DNA of 64,000 bases, from positions 9,362,001-9,426,000 of the forward strand of contig NC_086098.1 of the NCBI RefSeq assembly GCF_963921235.1, given 5' to 3'. Positions 63,661-64,000 of this stretch are shown piece by piece. The first letter of the stretch is position 1. Every line of letters starts with the position of its first letter. Under the pieces are notes generated by a model. It was not told the DNA's origin. It saw only the letters and a program-made list of their open reading frames with translations, and ran no database searches. The stretch comes from Mobula hypostoma. Lineage: Eukaryota. The position numbers and the translations under genes are program-made.

Positions 63661-63751
63661 GCTCCGTCAATCCATACCTCTGTAAACTCCTCAAGCATGC
63701 CATCGTCTTTCAAATCTTTCAATTCCGCCCAAAAAGTCCCTGCTTTGCCAA

Positions 63752-64000
63752 GTCATAGAGTCATGGAGCACTCTGGCACAGCAATGGGCCTTCAGCCCAT
63801 CTAGTTCATGCCAAACTATTATTCTTCCTAGTCCCAGCGACCTGCACCTGGACCATTGTCCTCCATACCCCTTCCATCCATATATAACCATATAATAATT
63901 ACAGCACAGAAACGGGCCATCTCAGCCCTTCTAGTCCGTGCCGAACTCTTACTCTCACCTAGTCCCACCGACCTGCACTCAGCCCATAACCCTCCATTCC
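63752..64000 (-). mobile_element. CR1 3'-end fragments
   Basis: gggccttcagcccatctagttcatgcc; acagcacagaaacgggccatctcagccc. Confidence 0.7.

Overview
This is vertebrate genomic DNA, most likely from a cartilaginous fish (ray/shark type, inferred from the repeat repertoire), not a prokaryote. It holds the 3' part of a BACH2 gene (BTB-CNC-bZIP transcription factor) on the + strand. There are three coding exons (22336-23841, 48088-48294, 59832-60320), all joined in phase 0 with canonical AG/GT sites, followed by a 3' UTR. The ATG/N-terminal BTB exon was not found and probably lies upstream of the window. The introns are packed with CR1, Rex1/Babar-type and RTE LINE fragments, tRNA-derived SINEs, a solo LTR with a 5-bp TSD and a Tc1-derived element. 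The most striking non-coding signal is a family of about 20 Penelope-like element (PLE) fragments. They carry minimal type I hammerhead ribozyme motifs, and several are inserted as fold-back units with 13-14 bp target-site duplications. Repeat boundaries are approximate unless a TSD is given. Family names come from motif recognition, not database searches.
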